IMG/VR virus record: IMGVR_UViG_3300037961_003440
Location: 30,365-94,364 of that record
Origin: a virus
Length of the DNA: 64,000 nucleotides
Strand: one strand, 5' to 3'
The notes below the pieces were generated by a model. That model was not told where the DNA came from. It was given only the letters and a program-made list of their open reading frames with translations, and made no database searches. Below are positions 9,691-21,648 of the stretch, piece after piece; position 1 is the stretch's first letter, and every line of letters begins with the position of its first letter. Made by a program: the position numbers and the translations under genes.

Positions 9691-11760
9691 ATGTCTGTTA
9701 AAGAAGATGCAGAAAAACTTGAACAAGTTTTTGATAACTTAACTCAATCTATTCAAGATGCATCTAAGACATCAAACAAATTAAGAGATACATTTTTAGA
9801 ATTGTCTAAATCTGGTACTGCGGCTGGAAATGCTTGGACTGTTATTTCTCGTTTAACTTCAGGTACAGGTTTTTGGAGAATACAAAATAGGGTTCGTGCT
9901 ATTTCTAACTTTTTACAATTTCAAGATAAAAGAGCAGAAGCAATCGCTGAAAGTGAAAATAAAGCAATAGAAAGATTAGCAAAACAAGTTAAATTGAAAA
10001 AAGAAATTGACGGGGCACAAAGACTATTAGATAAAGTTATAATAGGTACTGCAACTGCGGAAGAAAGAGTTACATTTTATAAATCAGAACAATATAGATA
10101 TTTAGAACAAACAATGGGTGGAACAAAGGCTTTACAAGAAATGACAGGTAGATTACAATATGCTTCAGAACAGTTATCTAAAACTGATGCTATTACATTA
10201 CAAAATAGAGCAAGAAACTTTCAAAAAGAATTAGAAAGCCGACAATCATTACTAAATATAATTACTAATGGTAGAAAAGTAGATGCTGCATCTTCGGATT
10301 TACAATTAAAAAGATTTAAAAAATTATCAAAAGAGCAACAACAAAGTTATATGCAATATATAGATTTTTCAGAAAAAAGAAAAAGATATGAAGATGACCA
10401 AATTAAAGCACAAACAGAATTGTTAAATATAACAGGAACTTTAGCAACGGCTGAAGATGAACTTGCAAGGAAAAAAAGCGTACATCAATCAAAAATAGAT
10501 TTAATAGATAAAGAGTTAAAAAAGGAAGATGGAGAAACTAATGCAAGTAAAGTAGAAATTAGGAGACTTAATGAAAAAAGAGATGAAATGAAAAGAAAAT
10601 TTGAAGAAGAAAATAAACCTCTTAAAGAAGAAATAGAAAAACAGAAAAAAGAAAAAGAATTTTTACAAAAAGAAACAAAGCGTCTTGGAGAAGAATTTGA
10701 TGCTTCAGAACAAAACGCTAAAGATGCTAAAGCAAAATTAAAGAAAGATAATATTGATGTTTCAATGAAAGATGGTGGAACAATAGAGAATGACCCTCAA
10801 AATCAAAATAGAGGTTTTAGAGAATTTCTTAAAAATAGAATTCCGGGCGGTAAAAAAATTGATAAAGTTATAACAATGGCGATGGCGTTTTATGCTTTAA
10901 ATAAAGCAGAAAAGATAGAAAAATTAAGAAATTTAGTAAGAGGTAGTTTAAGACTAATAACACGATTTTTAAGAGGCGTATTTATATGGTTGCCTCTTTT
11001 AATTTTTGGGTTAATGGCTCTAAAACAAACAGGTTTATTTGATGTAATAATAAATTTTGCGAAAACTGCGGTTAGGGTTGGTTATAATATATTTCAAGGT
11101 ATTCTTGAAATAGGTGTAATAATAGGAGAAATATTTGGAAACGCTCTTAATTTTATTGATGCGTTATTTAATGGTGATAGCGGAGATGCGTGGAATGCTC
11201 TTAGTACTTTATTTATGTCGGTACTGGATTTAGTAGGTAAATTATTTGAATTTATATTTATAGATGTATTATGGGGATTAATATCAGGTTTCTTTGTTGG
11301 TTTATTTGGTAAGTATTTTGCAGAAGCCGATTCAAAATTTTCTGCTATTGTTAAAGCAATATCTGATATAGGACTTGTAGTACTTGCTATTAAAGTAGCA
11401 TTATTATTATTACCTACAAGTCTACCACTTGCTATTGCAGGTGCTATTGTAACTGCCTTTATCGGAGGGGGAATAAGAGATTTATTATTTAATCTTGTAG
11501 GTATGGCTGATGGTGGTTTAGTAACTAAATCATCACCTTATTTAGTGGGTGAAAGAGGGCCTGAAATAGTTAATCTAAAAGCAGGAGATTATGTAACACC
11601 TAATCATAAAATACCAACAGGTTCAACTACTAATATTACAGTAAATGTAAATGGTAGATTAGGCGCATCTGATTCTGAATTAAATGATATAGCAAATAAA
11701 TTAAGTAGAAAAATATCTTTAGAAATGAATAGAACCAACCCAACAGGAGTTTATAGGTGA
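9691..11760 (+). CDS. Tail tape measure protein
   Basis: Coiled coil, hydrophobic segments, C-terminal MADGGLV...YLVGERGPE motif. Confidence 0.85.
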   Translation: MSVKEDAEKLEQVFDNLTQSIQDASKTSNKLRDTFLELSKSGTAAGNAWTVISRLTSGTGFWRIQNRVRAISNFLQFQDKRAEAIAESENKAIERLAKQVKLKKEIDGAQRLLDKVIIGTATAEERVTFYKSEQYRYLEQTMGGTKALQEMTGRLQYASEQLSKTDAITLQNRARNFQKELESRQSLLNIITNGRKVDAASSDLQLKRFKKLSKEQQQSYMQYIDFSEKRKRYEDDQIKAQTELLNITGTLATAEDELARKKSVHQSKIDLIDKELKKEDGETNASKVEIRRLNEKRDEMKRKFEEENKPLKEEIEKQKKEKEFLQKETKRLGEEFDASEQNAKDAKAKLKKDNIDVSMKDGGTIENDPQNQNRGFREFLKNRIPGGKKIDKVITMAMAFYALNKAEKIEKLRNLVRGSLRLITRFLRGVFIWLPLLIFGLMALKQTGLFDVIINFAKTAVRVGYNIFQGILEIGVIIGEIFGNALNFIDALFNGDSGDAWNALSTLFMSVLDLVGKLFEFIFIDVLWGLISGFFVGLFGKYFAEADSKFSAIVKAISDIGLVVLAIKVALLLLPTSLPLAIAGAIVTAFIGGGIRDLLFNLVGMADGGLVTKSSPYLVGERGPEIVNLKAGDYVTPNHKIPTGSTTNITVNVNGRLGASDSELNDIANKLSRKISLEMNRTNPTGVYR

Positions 11761-11764
11761 TTAA

Positions 11765-12517
11765 ATGACAATATACAATACTAATTATATTTCAGATGCT
11801 ATGTCAAGTGCTGATAGTACTAAACCAATGCACCATGTTTTTTTAAATCTAAAAGCAAGAAATGATGACCATACAGGAAAAAATTTTGAAACAAACAGAA
11901 TAGGTTTAAAATGTGAATCTGTAAGTATTACTACTTCAAGAACAGTACCTTCTATACCAATTCCCGGTGTTGGTGTAGTTACAGGTGAATCACAATCAAT
12001 AGGATTAGATTTGGGTATGGCTACTAAATCAATAAATTTATCAGGTATAATTACTAATCAAATAATAAGTAAATCATTTGATGATGTAGAAGGTTCAGAA
12101 CCTGAAAATCCAACAGTAGAAATGACAGCATTTGAAATAGGTCAATTGCTACACGCATATGTAGATTCATCAGGTTTTCAAAAACATCAATCTATGAATG
12201 AATTAATTATATTAATTCCAAGTAGAGTTAATCATCAATTTCAATATCATACGGGATTACCTGAAGCAACAGGGGGTTCTTTATCACCTATTGAACATTT
12301 ACCTTTAATACCATTTACATATAAAACAAGAAATCAAGATAATAAAGGTACAGTATATGGTGCTATACCTGACCATTCTAATTTTCCTAAACCAATACAA
12401 GATACAGAAGAAGTAGAAGGTCTTAGAGGTTTTATTAGAAGTTTTAATTGTCAAATAACTGCTGGTGTACCATATTTGACATTTACTTTAGATTTTGAAG
12501 TTGCATTTATAATTTAA
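11765..12517 (+). CDS. Putative distal tail/baseplate (tube-fold) protein
   Basis: Directly after the tape measure; DLGMATKSINLSG and FTLDFEVA patterns. Confidence 0.55.
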   Translation: MTIYNTNYISDAMSSADSTKPMHHVFLNLKARNDDHTGKNFETNRIGLKCESVSITTSRTVPSIPIPGVGVVTGESQSIGLDLGMATKSINLSGIITNQIISKSFDDVEGSEPENPTVEMTAFEIGQLLHAYVDSSGFQKHQSMNELIILIPSRVNHQFQYHTGLPEATGGSLSPIEHLPLIPFTYKTRNQDNKGTVYGAIPDHSNFPKPIQDTEEVEGLRGFIRSFNCQITAGVPYLTFTLDFEVAFII

Positions 12518-12529
12518 GGAGAATATATT

Positions 12530-13885
12530 ATGACAGTTAGTGCTTATGTTGATGAAGGAAAATGTTTAGTTTTTCCTACAATGTGCGATGCATATATTCA
12601 CTTAGAATATGCTAAACATAATATGAATACAAATAATGGATTGTGGAATATTAATGGTTCTTTTACAGGTCAATTTATTATTAAGCCTTATGATGTAAAT
12701 GGTTATGGTGATAATACAGGCCAAACAAATAAAGATTTAGTAGCAAATGGTGGGGCAGGAAATATTACAAATAAAAAAACAATGCCAGCAATTGCTGATG
12801 GTGCAAAAGATAGTTTTGCTGCTCATGTTTTTAGAAATAATCAAGCCGAAAAATATTTACCAAATAGAGAAAGATATTTGGCTAAAGATATGACTGGTCA
12901 AATAATAAATAATAATCCGCATGAAATGTGTTTGTTTCATAATAACAATATAACTGTCAATTTAGTTAATACTACTGACCATAATCAAAATAATCCTGCT
13001 GAATATAAAGTACAATTTAAATTAACCATAGATGGAACAGAAACAATATTGGAATCAACTAATGTATTTACAAGTAGAAAATATCATTATTCTGATGTTT
13101 CTAAAGTTAGAAATCAAGTTATATCTGATGGTTCTACTGTAACTGTATTTGATGATTATCATTTGCAATTTGTTTATGACAAATATAAAATTATAGGAAA
13201 AGAGGCAGGACAACCACCTCATTCATTAATAGGTAATGAATACAAAGAAGGATATACAATAAAATTTACACCGGGAAATACACCAACTTCTGAATTTAAT
13301 ACAAATTTAAATCAAGCAGGAATTGTAATAAATGACCCTACGGGTAATCAACCAACTCCTTTTGAATCTATACCTATTGGAACAGAAATGTTCACCGAAG
13401 ATGGAATATCATTAGGTAAAGTAATGATGGTTATTCCTAAAGCACCTCCTATTTTCCCAAATCATGCTATTGCATTTCACCCCCTTCCGGCAGGTTCTAC
13501 AATACCAATTTTAAGAGATGGTGCTAAAATTTATACTGCTATTCACCGTGAGCCAATGTATATTCATACCACTACGCATATTTCTGTTGCTTATGAACAA
13601 ACTACAAGAAGAATGAGTATATTCGCAAATGGTATAGAAGTGGCTACTACAACACACGATTCTACAACAGGTAGTTTTTCTTTAGATGCAAGTGATGTAT
13701 ATATTGGTCAAAATGCTACTTTAGCATATCCTAACGATAGAAAAACACAATTTATGGGTGAGTTAGACAGTATATTATTTACTGATACATATATGACTAA
13801 TTATACGCATTTATTTAATCCTGTTGCGCCATACCAAAATATAATGCTTTATTACGATTTTAGTGAGGGGAGAGATAATGGTTAA
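12530..13885 (+). CDS. LamG/concanavalin-like tail protein
   Basis: HISVAYEQ..RMSIFANGIEV...VYIGQN...FMGELDSI LamG signature, interrupted by an insertion. Confidence 0.7.
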   Translation: MTVSAYVDEGKCLVFPTMCDAYIHLEYAKHNMNTNNGLWNINGSFTGQFIIKPYDVNGYGDNTGQTNKDLVANGGAGNITNKKTMPAIADGAKDSFAAHVFRNNQAEKYLPNRERYLAKDMTGQIINNNPHEMCLFHNNNITVNLVNTTDHNQNNPAEYKVQFKLTIDGTETILESTNVFTSRKYHYSDVSKVRNQVISDGSTVTVFDDYHLQFVYDKYKIIGKEAGQPPHSLIGNEYKEGYTIKFTPGNTPTSEFNTNLNQAGIVINDPTGNQPTPFESIPIGTEMFTEDGISLGKVMMVIPKAPPIFPNHAIAFHPLPAGSTIPILRDGAKIYTAIHREPMYIHTTTHISVAYEQTTRRMSIFANGIEVATTTHDSTTGSFSLDASDVYIGQNATLAYPNDRKTQFMGELDSILFTDTYMTNYTHLFNPVAPYQNIMLYYDFSEGRDNG

Positions 13886-16800
13886 TGTAGAATATAATTC
13901 AACCATAATACCATTAAATGTTGGTGTTCCGCTTCTTAGTCCTGTTTCAACATGGCCTCATACTTCAGGTACTTATAGCGATACGGGTTCTACAATTAAA
14001 AGTGCTTTTTATAATGTAAGTCAAAATCCAAGAATAATTATTAAAAATACATATGTTGGAAAAAGTATTAATTGTTATGAAATACACAATTCTCCAGATA
14101 CACCTTTATCGAGTGTTGCTTCAAATGTTTTTGAAGTTAAAAATATACAACGCTCAGGTGGTTTTAGTACTTCGGTATTAAATAGAGTCTATCCTTTTAA
14201 TTTAAATCTTGAAAGTTATTTAGAAGTAAGTGCCGCTACAAAGGGAAATAGAATTTGTTTAGAAGGACAAGGTGCATTAACAACATTAATTAGTGGTTCT
14301 ACTTTAGATACAGCAAGTGATTATTTTGTTGTAATAAATGCAGATGACCCTTTAAATCATCATATTGCTAAAATTACAGAATTACATACTTATGAAGTAT
14401 TTGGAGATGGTTTTGATTTTGAACCTGCTTATCATAAAGAAGTTCCAAAAGGTACTAAAATTAGTATATATAAAGGCCCAGATTCAACTGATACACATAT
14501 AGTAGCAGTAGGTTATGGATTATTAGGAGATTCTACAACAAGTGATGAAAGACACGATAGTTATGTAGAAGTTAGTAGACCAACATTTTATTTTTACGAA
14601 GATAGATGCGATGTAAATAAATTACTCGGAGATACAAAATATAAAGTTACTAAAACTTCAGCACACGGTTCAGGTGACCCATTTACCGGAGGTAGTTTAA
14701 CTTTTGATTTTGGTAAAAAACAATCAACAGCACATAGTTTATTTCATTTAACAACACCAGATTTACATAAGTTTGGTTCTTCTATATGTTTTAAAACCAC
14801 ATCTTCACACGGTAATTTTATTCAAGATAAATCAAGATATAGTCAATTTGGTTTATTAAAAGATAATTTAAAAATAAACGATGAAACTATAACACAAGCA
14901 TCTGGAGTAATGAAACAAAGAATAGTATCTAATGGTGCAGTAGAAGTTTATAATAACCCTAATATAGATTATATATGGAATACACAACCACATTCAGAAA
15001 CATATGATACAAGTTTAGGTGAATGGGATAAATGTTTTAAAAATATAAATAGAGATGGACATCATTTAACAACAGGTTTAAGTAAAGAATCTTATGATTC
15101 TAATATTAAAAGATATGTTGAATATGAAAATTCTGATACAAAAAATAACGCAATACCTCAAGTATCTAATATAGATATATATGAATCAATAGTTAGTGTT
15201 GGTAATTTTATTGAGGTAAATATACCTGACCCTAATAGAATAGTAGATTTAAAAATAAAACCATATGATAAAGTATCTTTAAGAGAACAATTAGATGATA
15301 TTGATTATGAAGGAAGAATGAGCATACCTTTAATTGGTAATGCTAACTCAAGTACAACAGGTTGGAGTTTAACAATAAAAGGGTTAAGTCCAAATCAAGA
15401 CTTAAGAACAATATGGGGAAGTTCAGATGTTGCCGCTTTAAATCCAGATGGAGTAGCGCATAGTGATAATTTAAATAAATTAAGAATAAAAAATATTATT
15501 TTTATGGGAGATTTTAATTCTGCACCGGTTCAGGGTGATGATGGTTATGAACAAGTATTTACTATTACACATAGAAGAAATGTAAATACAGATGCTACTT
15601 GGGTAGTTTGTACAGGTAATTGGTCTTTAGAAGATTTTGTAAATGAAACTGCCTTTGTTTATACTTACAATGGTAGAACTAAATTATTTAATACTAATGT
15701 ACAGATAGATACAGAATGGGATGGTACTAATTTAAAAAGAGATGGTAATATAGTCGGAATTAATGATTCTTATTTATCTAATACAGAATTTTTTGTTAGA
15801 GATAGAGATTTAACGGGTTTTAGAATACCAATAAAATATGGTGACAAAAATTTAAATTATCTTAAACCTTTATATGATGATTATGATTGTTATCAAATTA
15901 AAACTACCGTAAGAGGGAATAATAGCATTGTTAATGTACCTAATTTATATGAATATATTAATGGTAATATTATATATGATAATAAACTATTTGAAGGAAA
16001 TGTAGAATATCTGGAAGATGAAATACAACCAAGCGGTATATTACAATATAAATTTAAAGGAAGAGATAGAGTTTCTGATGTATTAGATATTGTAGTTAAT
16101 CATAATTTTACTCATACTTCAGATTATATTTACACAACTAATAATCCTACTAATGATTTAACTACTGTAATATTTAATTCAAATGCAAATACAGTAAATA
16201 TAAAAGATTTTGATTATGGAGATACCGTAATTAGTTTATTTAGTTTTGATTCTATTATTAGCACTCAAACCAATATAGAAGTAGGAGATACATTATTTTG
16301 TAATATTAATGGAAAGTGTAGATTAATAGGTATAATACAAAGTATTTCAGGAGAAACAGCAGTATCAGGTACTTATTGGAATGGTTCAACAAGAACGGCT
16401 ATTCCTCAACCTAATAATGGGTATAATATTACTTTAACAGAAGCAACAAATTACTCTTCTAAAAATAAAACCTACGGTGCAGATAATTTAAGAGTTAGTA
16501 AAAAGACTACTTCTTTAGGAAAGGCTTTATCTTCTAATTTATCTAATAATATAAGACCTACTTCATTAGAAGGTTGTTCAAACAAAGGACTATTATTTGT
16601 TGACGGTAATAGTATAAATTTAACAAGTGGAGAAAAAATAGAAAAATTAAGCAATTTATCTGCTATTGATTCAGAATTTTCTCAAGGTTTTCCTATTTCA
16701 AATATAAAAGGTAATGAAATAAGTGCAAATTTACCAGATTATAAATTTAACATAACCACAGATATTAATGAAAATATTATTAAAAAGTATGATACTATAA

Positions 16801-19800
16801 GTAGTCCGACAGAAATGGGAGTATTAAAAATAGAAGCATTAGAAAATAAACTATCGCTTATTACTTTAGCACCAATTTTTCCTGTTGTATTAGCAAAGAC
16901 AGCCGAAAATACATTAGACACTACTTTAACAAATTCACAAGGATTATATTTTGTAAATACACAGGGGTTATCTAATGGAGGATTTTTACATTATCTTAGT
17001 AGTGAAACTAATAATAACGGGGCATCTAAAACCTTTACAAATCCCGGATATATTGATGACCCAACAGATGTAGATGGTATAGATTATAGACTTGAAGATA
17101 ATTATGGTACATTTATATGGAGATATATTGGTCTACAAGAATCAGATAGCACATTGGTTTGGAATAATGCTATGATAGATAGAGTTTGGAATGTTAAATA
17201 TAGCCAAACAAATAGAGAATTAAATCATATGTATGGAAATAAATCTCCTATTAATGGTTATGCTTCTGCTGTTAGAATAGAATATGATGGAGTAGTTAGA
17301 AATTGGGATTATCAATCAGTAATAACACAAGCATGGTTAAAGCAAAATTCACCTGAAGGTAGAGAAGGATTTTATAATATTGAAGGTTCAAGATTTTGGG
17401 ATATTCTTAAAATGCCTAATGAAATTAGAAATCAAATTGCAGGTTTTGGTTTAGTGCTTAACCCAACATATGCGTTTAGAGAATCAAGTCTTAGAAGTTA
17501 TTATCCTAAACTTTCTACAAGAATAGGTTTTCCCGGAGATTTAATTAACAATTTAACAGGTACATATTATCAGTATAGAGAAAATTATGAAGCATTTGAT
17601 AAAGGTATAGAAAACTTTTATTTATTTTCAACAGGAGATATATATCCTGATAGTTATAAAAGAACAAATAGTATAGGTTTTACAAATAGAAATTTGTCAG
17701 ATTATGGTATTATTTTTAAATCAAAGGGTGTTAAAGGCAATACTATAATAGAACATAGTAATTATAAAGGTACAATAGTAGATACATTAGAAAGTGACAC
17801 AAGTTATGAAATAATGCCTATAAATAATTCTAATAAAAATACTTCTGAATTAAAAAGAATGGGTTTAATGAGATTAATAGAGGTAACCTATGATTGGCAT
17901 TTTAATGAAGTAGATTATGAAAATTTAGATGATATAGTAAAATCAAGAAAATCAAGATTTACAACTGAAATAAAACCATTAGGTGATTATGTAGAGTTTT
18001 TTCCGGGCGAAATAGATATGTTAAAAACATCTTTTGGTAATCCAAAAGTAATAGGTTTTAGTATAGATGGTTCTACACAAGCAAATGGAGAATATACTGA
18101 ATCAGGGTCACTTAACGGTAGTGCTTTACCATATTATATTATAGAAGAAGGTTCAACAACAATTCCAAACACAGTATCAGGGGTAATGGACTTTTTTAAA
18201 ATATATACAGATTATGATAATTTTGATACAGGTTCAACTAATTTACTTGGTACTTATCAAGCCCAAATTTTAGGATTAACAAATATTGAAGGTGGTTATA
18301 GAACAGTCAATACAGGGCCTAATCAATTAAGATTACAAGGTTCTTGGCATACAGAAACAGGTATATTAGCAGGTAATTTAGCATCAAGTGTTACACAACA
18401 ACCTATTGGTGGTACTGTTGGTACTTATACTGCTGTTGTTACTACAACAAATAATACCAATAGAGCAAGAGGATTTATTTGTGATATTACATTAGATTCA
18501 CCAACTAATGTATCATCTATAGTATTTCATGAAGAATCAAGTAGCGTATTTATTGGTAAGAATATACATTATAAAGGTGCTCATTATCAAGCAGGAGATA
18601 CTGTTACAATTGCTGGTTCTGCTGTGGGTTCTTCGCAAGACATTATTATTACCCTACAAAATTCCGATTTAACTACCGAACATAGAATATATTTATTTCA
18701 AACCGGTCAAGCATCTGGGCAAAATAATAATGCACTAAATTATGAAGATGTAATTACAGGTACTAATATTAAAAGATGTGATTATACCGGTTTATTAAAA
18801 ATGACAGCAGATGGACAAGATGAGCCTCAAGATATACATTCTTATGAAGTAAGAACAAATGAAGGTGATTTTATTGCTAATAGTATTGCATATACAGGAT
18901 TAAGAGCAGAAAACTATTTCTTTAACTATACTACAATTTTAGGTGCATTAGATAATGATGATGGATTTTATAAAGGAGTATATGAAGATACAGCAATAAC
19001 TACTCAGACTGATGCAGAAAAACAAAAGGGGTATCATATATTTATTCCTTATCATGTAACAGGGGGAAGCAGAAATAATTTACATGAATCTGTTGGTGCA
19101 TTACCATTAAAAAGAGGTACGCCTATAAGATTTGGTAGTCTATTACCTTTTTCACAAGGCGTAGATGTAGATTTAAGAAGTACACAAGGTAACACAACAA
19201 AATCTTTATCAAGAGTTATAGATGCATTTTCTGAATGGGATGATGGAACACAAACTGCAAATACAAGACCTGTTGGTTATGCACCAAGTCATTTATATAC
19301 AGATACTATGTTAGTTATTAAAAGATTAAAAGCACATAATCATTCAATGCTTGGACAATCAAAAGGTTTTCCTATGCAAAATGCTCATATTTATGGCGAT
19401 ACAACTTCTATTAACACTAAGATAAATACAGAAGAAATTTATAATGGTTCTACAATACCAAACTTACATTTATCTTTTTGTTTTACAGATTCACAATCTT
19501 CATTCCCTTCAATTTTATACGCTTATAATTTTACAGATGTATCACAATACCCTAATAGAACAACTTATGGTTTTGAATCTACGGGTACTCAGGCATATGG
19601 TTCTGTATCAACAAATAACCATAGATTTTTATCTTCAACAGGAGGTAGAAATGTAGTAGATGATAGAGGAAATGATTTATTGGATAAATCAGACCAAATA
19701 TACGGGGCAGAAATTTTATTTAAATTAAATTTATCTTTACTTGCCAGCAATGTATCAGTTATAGAATTAGATAATTTATCTCAAACAAGTGGAAGTTTAA

Positions 19801-21644
19801 CACTTAATGCTAATGGCTCTACTACAAATGGTAGAGCAGTAATTAAAATTGAACAAGTAGATATTGCATCTGAGGATGGTTTTTCTACAAATAATGCAGG
19901 TACATTAGTTAATGTAGATGTGTCCTCATCTTTTAATAAGATTAATCAATGGGTTAATTTTGTTAATGATTTAACAGGTCATTATTTAGTTTCCGAACAA
20001 GATTTATCTAATAATGATATTCCTTTGTATATACACTCAAGAAGAAATGATGTACAAGAATCTACGGCAAATCTTATACATCAAGTTATTAGCCATAATA
20101 TTAATCATAACGGTACTACAATAACACATTATATAGAAATAGATAATGTTCCTTATTCAAATGGTTCTCATCAATTATATAATATGTATAGAGTTATGAG
20201 AATAGCAAAGGACTGTACTTTTGATTTTACCCCTAATGATGTAGAAATGTATAAATTATCAAATAGATTTACTCGTATGCCAGCAGAAAATAAATGTTAT
20301 ACATTAGTAGGAAATTCAAATATTTTTCCTCATCGTGGTGCAGCAAGTACAAATTTAACAGCGTGTAATGAAGCAGTATTATCTATGTATGTAGGTTTAG
20401 ATGTAGATGGAAAACCTAATTCAGATTATATTGTTAAAAGAGTTAATAATAGTTTTGCTACTGTTGATGGTAATAATAATACATTTATTAAAAATAAATC
20501 TTATAATTGTTTAGTTACAGATGGGATAACAGATTTAAATAAAGATTTATTATTTACAGGTGACGGTAGCCTTTCAAACCCCGATAGAATTGTATTTTCA
20601 GGTCAAATGAAAAATTTAAAAGGTATAGTTTCAATAGGTGAAGCATTTTCAGTAACTACTCAAAGAAATCCAATAAACAATACTGTTAAAAGATGTAATA
20701 TAGCAAGCACAGTAGATATAGTAGAAGAAGTAGATGAGATAACAAATACTATATTAGAAACTAATAATATACAATTTAATCCAGAATATAATGTTACAAA
20801 TGATTTATATTACATAGGTAACAATTACATAGGTAATAATGCCTTTTCAGTTATTAATAGATTATTAAATTATAAAAATAAAAGATTATATATTGATGGA
20901 AGAAATATAAAAGGGTTAGATAATATTCCTGACGAATGGAAAACTAATATAGTTTTATCAGAAAATGATGTTGATTCTCAAGTTAGCAATATTAAAAGAA
21001 TACAATCTACATTTGATTTCTTTAATCATGTAGTAGTTTATGGTGATGGAGTAAAAGGTACTGGTAGAAATAGACAATCAATAAAAGAAACTGATAGAAC
21101 AATAACTAAGGAAATAACAGACTTAACAATAAAAACACAAAAGGCCGCAGATGATTTAGCAATATCAACAGTAGAAACTCTTGATTCATTAAATAGTCAA
21201 GTAGAATTTCAAATACCCAGATTTAAAATACCATATCTAAAGGCCGGTCATATTATTACATTAGATTATCCTACTCAAAAAATACCAACAAATTTTTATC
21301 AAGTCTTAGAAATACAAACTATATTTGGACAATTGCCTAAAGTTATATTAGGTAAGTATAGTCAATCTTTAGCAGGAGTATATACAGATATTATAATTAA
21401 AAATCAAGAAACAGATGGTCAATTGAGGGGAGATAATTTTACTGATGAAACAGCAAATGTTTCCGAAGATGATGATTCCTTTATTCAACCAATGAAACTA
21501 AAAATAACTAAAACAACAACGGCATCAAGTTCTAATAGTACAATAGGGTTTAATAACCTAATAGGGTTTAACAGTAGTGTAGGGTTTGTTTCTACATCAT
21601 CAAGTAGCCAAGAAGTAATATTAGATGAGGACTTAACGGGGTGA
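13863..21644 (+). CDS. Giant baseplate hub/central tail adhesin
   Basis: 2593 aa. Hub-like segments FEGNVEY..YKFKGRD and FNHVVVYG...LKAGHIITLDY..YQVLEI flank a very large N/T/S-rich insertion. Confidence 0.6.
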   Translation: MRGEIMVNVEYNSTIIPLNVGVPLLSPVSTWPHTSGTYSDTGSTIKSAFYNVSQNPRIIIKNTYVGKSINCYEIHNSPDTPLSSVASNVFEVKNIQRSGGFSTSVLNRVYPFNLNLESYLEVSAATKGNRICLEGQGALTTLISGSTLDTASDYFVVINADDPLNHHIAKITELHTYEVFGDGFDFEPAYHKEVPKGTKISIYKGPDSTDTHIVAVGYGLLGDSTTSDERHDSYVEVSRPTFYFYEDRCDVNKLLGDTKYKVTKTSAHGSGDPFTGGSLTFDFGKKQSTAHSLFHLTTPDLHKFGSSICFKTTSSHGNFIQDKSRYSQFGLLKDNLKINDETITQASGVMKQRIVSNGAVEVYNNPNIDYIWNTQPHSETYDTSLGEWDKCFKNINRDGHHLTTGLSKESYDSNIKRYVEYENSDTKNNAIPQVSNIDIYESIVSVGNFIEVNIPDPNRIVDLKIKPYDKVSLREQLDDIDYEGRMSIPLIGNANSSTTGWSLTIKGLSPNQDLRTIWGSSDVAALNPDGVAHSDNLNKLRIKNIIFMGDFNSAPVQGDDGYEQVFTITHRRNVNTDATWVVCTGNWSLEDFVNETAFVYTYNGRTKLFNTNVQIDTEWDGTNLKRDGNIVGINDSYLSNTEFFVRDRDLTGFRIPIKYGDKNLNYLKPLYDDYDCYQIKTTVRGNNSIVNVPNLYEYINGNIIYDNKLFEGNVEYLEDEIQPSGILQYKFKGRDRVSDVLDIVVNHNFTHTSDYIYTTNNPTNDLTTVIFNSNANTVNIKDFDYGDTVISLFSFDSIISTQTNIEVGDTLFCNINGKCRLIGIIQSISGETAVSGTYWNGSTRTAIPQPNNGYNITLTEATNYSSKNKTYGADNLRVSKKTTSLGKALSSNLSNNIRPTSLEGCSNKGLLFVDGNSINLTSGEKIEKLSNLSAIDSEFSQGFPISNIKGNEISANLPDYKFNITTDINENIIKKYDTISSPTEMGVLKIEALENKLSLITLAPIFPVVLAKTAENTLDTTLTNSQGLYFVNTQGLSNGGFLHYLSSETNNNGASKTFTNPGYIDDPTDVDGIDYRLEDNYGTFIWRYIGLQESDSTLVWNNAMIDRVWNVKYSQTNRELNHMYGNKSPINGYASAVRIEYDGVVRNWDYQSVITQAWLKQNSPEGREGFYNIEGSRFWDILKMPNEIRNQIAGFGLVLNPTYAFRESSLRSYYPKLSTRIGFPGDLINNLTGTYYQYRENYEAFDKGIENFYLFSTGDIYPDSYKRTNSIGFTNRNLSDYGIIFKSKGVKGNTIIEHSNYKGTIVDTLESDTSYEIMPINNSNKNTSELKRMGLMRLIEVTYDWHFNEVDYENLDDIVKSRKSRFTTEIKPLGDYVEFFPGEIDMLKTSFGNPKVIGFSIDGSTQANGEYTESGSLNGSALPYYIIEEGSTTIPNTVSGVMDFFKIYTDYDNFDTGSTNLLGTYQAQILGLTNIEGGYRTVNTGPNQLRLQGSWHTETGILAGNLASSVTQQPIGGTVGTYTAVVTTTNNTNRARGFICDITLDSPTNVSSIVFHEESSSVFIGKNIHYKGAHYQAGDTVTIAGSAVGSSQDIIITLQNSDLTTEHRIYLFQTGQASGQNNNALNYEDVITGTNIKRCDYTGLLKMTADGQDEPQDIHSYEVRTNEGDFIANSIAYTGLRAENYFFNYTTILGALDNDDGFYKGVYEDTAITTQTDAEKQKGYHIFIPYHVTGGSRNNLHESVGALPLKRGTPIRFGSLLPFSQGVDVDLRSTQGNTTKSLSRVIDAFSEWDDGTQTANTRPVGYAPSHLYTDTMLVIKRLKAHNHSMLGQSKGFPMQNAHIYGDTTSINTKINTEEIYNGSTIPNLHLSFCFTDSQSSFPSILYAYNFTDVSQYPNRTTYGFESTGTQAYGSVSTNNHRFLSSTGGRNVVDDRGNDLLDKSDQIYGAEILFKLNLSLLASNVSVIELDNLSQTSGSLTLNANGSTTNGRAVIKIEQVDIASEDGFSTNNAGTLVNVDVSSSFNKINQWVNFVNDLTGHYLVSEQDLSNNDIPLYIHSRRNDVQESTANLIHQVISHNINHNGTTITHYIEIDNVPYSNGSHQLYNMYRVMRIAKDCTFDFTPNDVEMYKLSNRFTRMPAENKCYTLVGNSNIFPHRGAASTNLTACNEAVLSMYVGLDVDGKPNSDYIVKRVNNSFATVDGNNNTFIKNKSYNCLVTDGITDLNKDLLFTGDGSLSNPDRIVFSGQMKNLKGIVSIGEAFSVTTQRNPINNTVKRCNIASTVDIVEEVDEITNTILETNNIQFNPEYNVTNDLYYIGNNYIGNNAFSVINRLLNYKNKRLYIDGRNIKGLDNIPDEWKTNIVLSENDVDSQVSNIKRIQSTFDFFNHVVVYGDGVKGTGRNRQSIKETDRTITKEITDLTIKTQKAADDLAISTVETLDSLNSQVEFQIPRFKIPYLKAGHIITLDYPTQKIPTNFYQVLEIQTIFGQLPKVILGKYSQSLAGVYTDIIIKNQETDGQLRGDNFTDETANVSEDDDSFIQPMKLKITKTTTASSSNSTIGFNNLIGFNSSVGFVSTSSSSQEVILDEDLTG

Positions 21645-21648
21645 TAAA

